Shown: positions 62,598-64,000 of the stretch, one piece after another
Layout of the letters: the number at the start of each line of letters is the position of its first letter
How positions within the stretch are numbered: position 1 is the first letter of the stretch
Source of the DNA: Mytilus californianus
Lineage: Eukaryota
Assembly (NCBI RefSeq): GCF_021869535.1
Contig: NW_026262690.1
Span: 83,948,001-84,012,000 of the forward strand
Direction of reading: 5' to 3'
Length of the DNA stretch: 64,000 nucleotides
Made by a program: the position numbers and the translations under genes
The notes under the pieces: model-generated
What the model was told of the DNA's origin: nothing
Database searches by the model: none
What the model saw: the letters and a program-made list of their open reading frames with translations, nothing else

Positions 62598-64000
62598 TAC
62601 TATTTCTTATGCAACGGAAACAATGATGTTGCATTATGGGATTGTCATTATTTTAGACTTCTGATTGGTCCAGGCATAATTCACAAAGATGCTCAGACTG
62701 CAGATGTAACTTACGAGGATAAAATTTGATTTTCTGAATTAATTCGATTCAGGTTTTCCTTATAATGTTTTTTTTTTTATTTTTATGAATTTGCTTATTT
62801 TGTTTGCAGCTTTTTGCAGAAGGGTCAGTATAACATTTCATGAATACAATGAGAAGCTGCGGTCACAAAAATATTCGAAGATAGCTTTTATAAACAGAAG
62901 CAATGAACTTGTGATTGTTTAAATATTCAACATTCTGATAGTATGGCACATATAAATGAATAATTGCTCTTGAACATAAGTGGTACTTTCATTTATGATG
63001 GGTCTTAATTTATGACATATACTTTAAAATGATGCATTGAAAGTTATTTAAACAGACATATCTGTCAGGATAGAAAATGCGGTGACGAGAAATGAAACTG
63101 TGGTGGATAGTTATCTCCTTGGCAAGCATTCCGTATCTCCTTATTTTTATATTGAGAATACAATTTTCGAAGATATACGAATAACAACAACTGTTTAATT
63201 TGCAAATCTAAATTTACTCCAACCCTTGCAATTTTCACCATTTCTGTATGAGTGTAGTCTCATAAACGTCACATATGAAAACAAGAAGATGTGGTATGAT
63301 TGCCATTTAGACAACTCTCCACCAGAGACCAGATGACATCGAAGTTTACAACTATAGGTCACCATACGGCCTTCAACAAAAAGCAAAACCCATACCACAT
63401 AGTCAGCTATAAAAGGCCCCGGAATGACAAATGTAAAACAATCCAAACGAGAAAACATATCAATATATAGCAGCGAATGAAGCACTTTTAGCAAGAACAC
63501 AGTTAACTCGAACCGAAAAAATATAAATCCAAATTGAGTAATTAATCATCATCTCATTCCAAGAAGGGGTTTGTCACATGTTTTTTTATTTTTGTAATTG
63601 ATAAGTATAAAAATGAGGAGATGCCGTTAGGCTGATTTTTTGTCCTTGAACACCACTACAATTGCCAAAATACACAAATATATGGACGATTAGAAAAGAA
63701 TATCCAAATTTTCTGAAGATATTGATAGAATAAAGTAAATAAATTTAAAGGTAAAATACATTTTTAAGATTTTTATTTTATCAAAAAAATAACATGATAT
63801 TTCATTAATCATAAAAGCTGTCTGTCCTAAACTAGAATTATGTAATTAAATATTAAACATAAAACGTATTACTTGAGTCATTTCCTTTTTAGTATCATAT
63901 CATTTAGATAGTTTTATTTTTTTTAAATTTTTTGGGGGCATTAAATCTTTAGTGTTAAATTTCCGAATTTCCGATGTATTAATTCTATATCTTTTTCTTC

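Overview
AT-rich eukaryotic genomic DNA. The repeat families look like those of a bivalve mollusc such as Mytilus (inference, not proven). The left part holds an apparently intact, very young env-bearing Ty3/gypsy element of endogenous-retrovirus type (2709-13103). It has identical 464-bp LTRs, gag, a -1 frameshifted pol, an unassigned 167-aa accessory ORF with its own splice acceptor, and an F-type env. Its 5' end is odd, with three LTRs in the element overall, and it is inserted with a TCAT target-site duplication into the RT of a 5'-truncated CR1/L2-group LINE. The rest of the window contains two convergent (tail-to-tail) OATP/SLCO transporter paralogues with matching exon phases (26362-40593 +, 43229-56509 -). 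It also holds a decayed Penelope-like (probably Naiad-type) element, many hammerhead-ribozyme-like repeats including a retrozyme-like 354-bp unit, Helentron-type and TIR non-autonomous elements, SINE-like repeats and small tandem duplications. All comparisons were made by eye; no searches were run.
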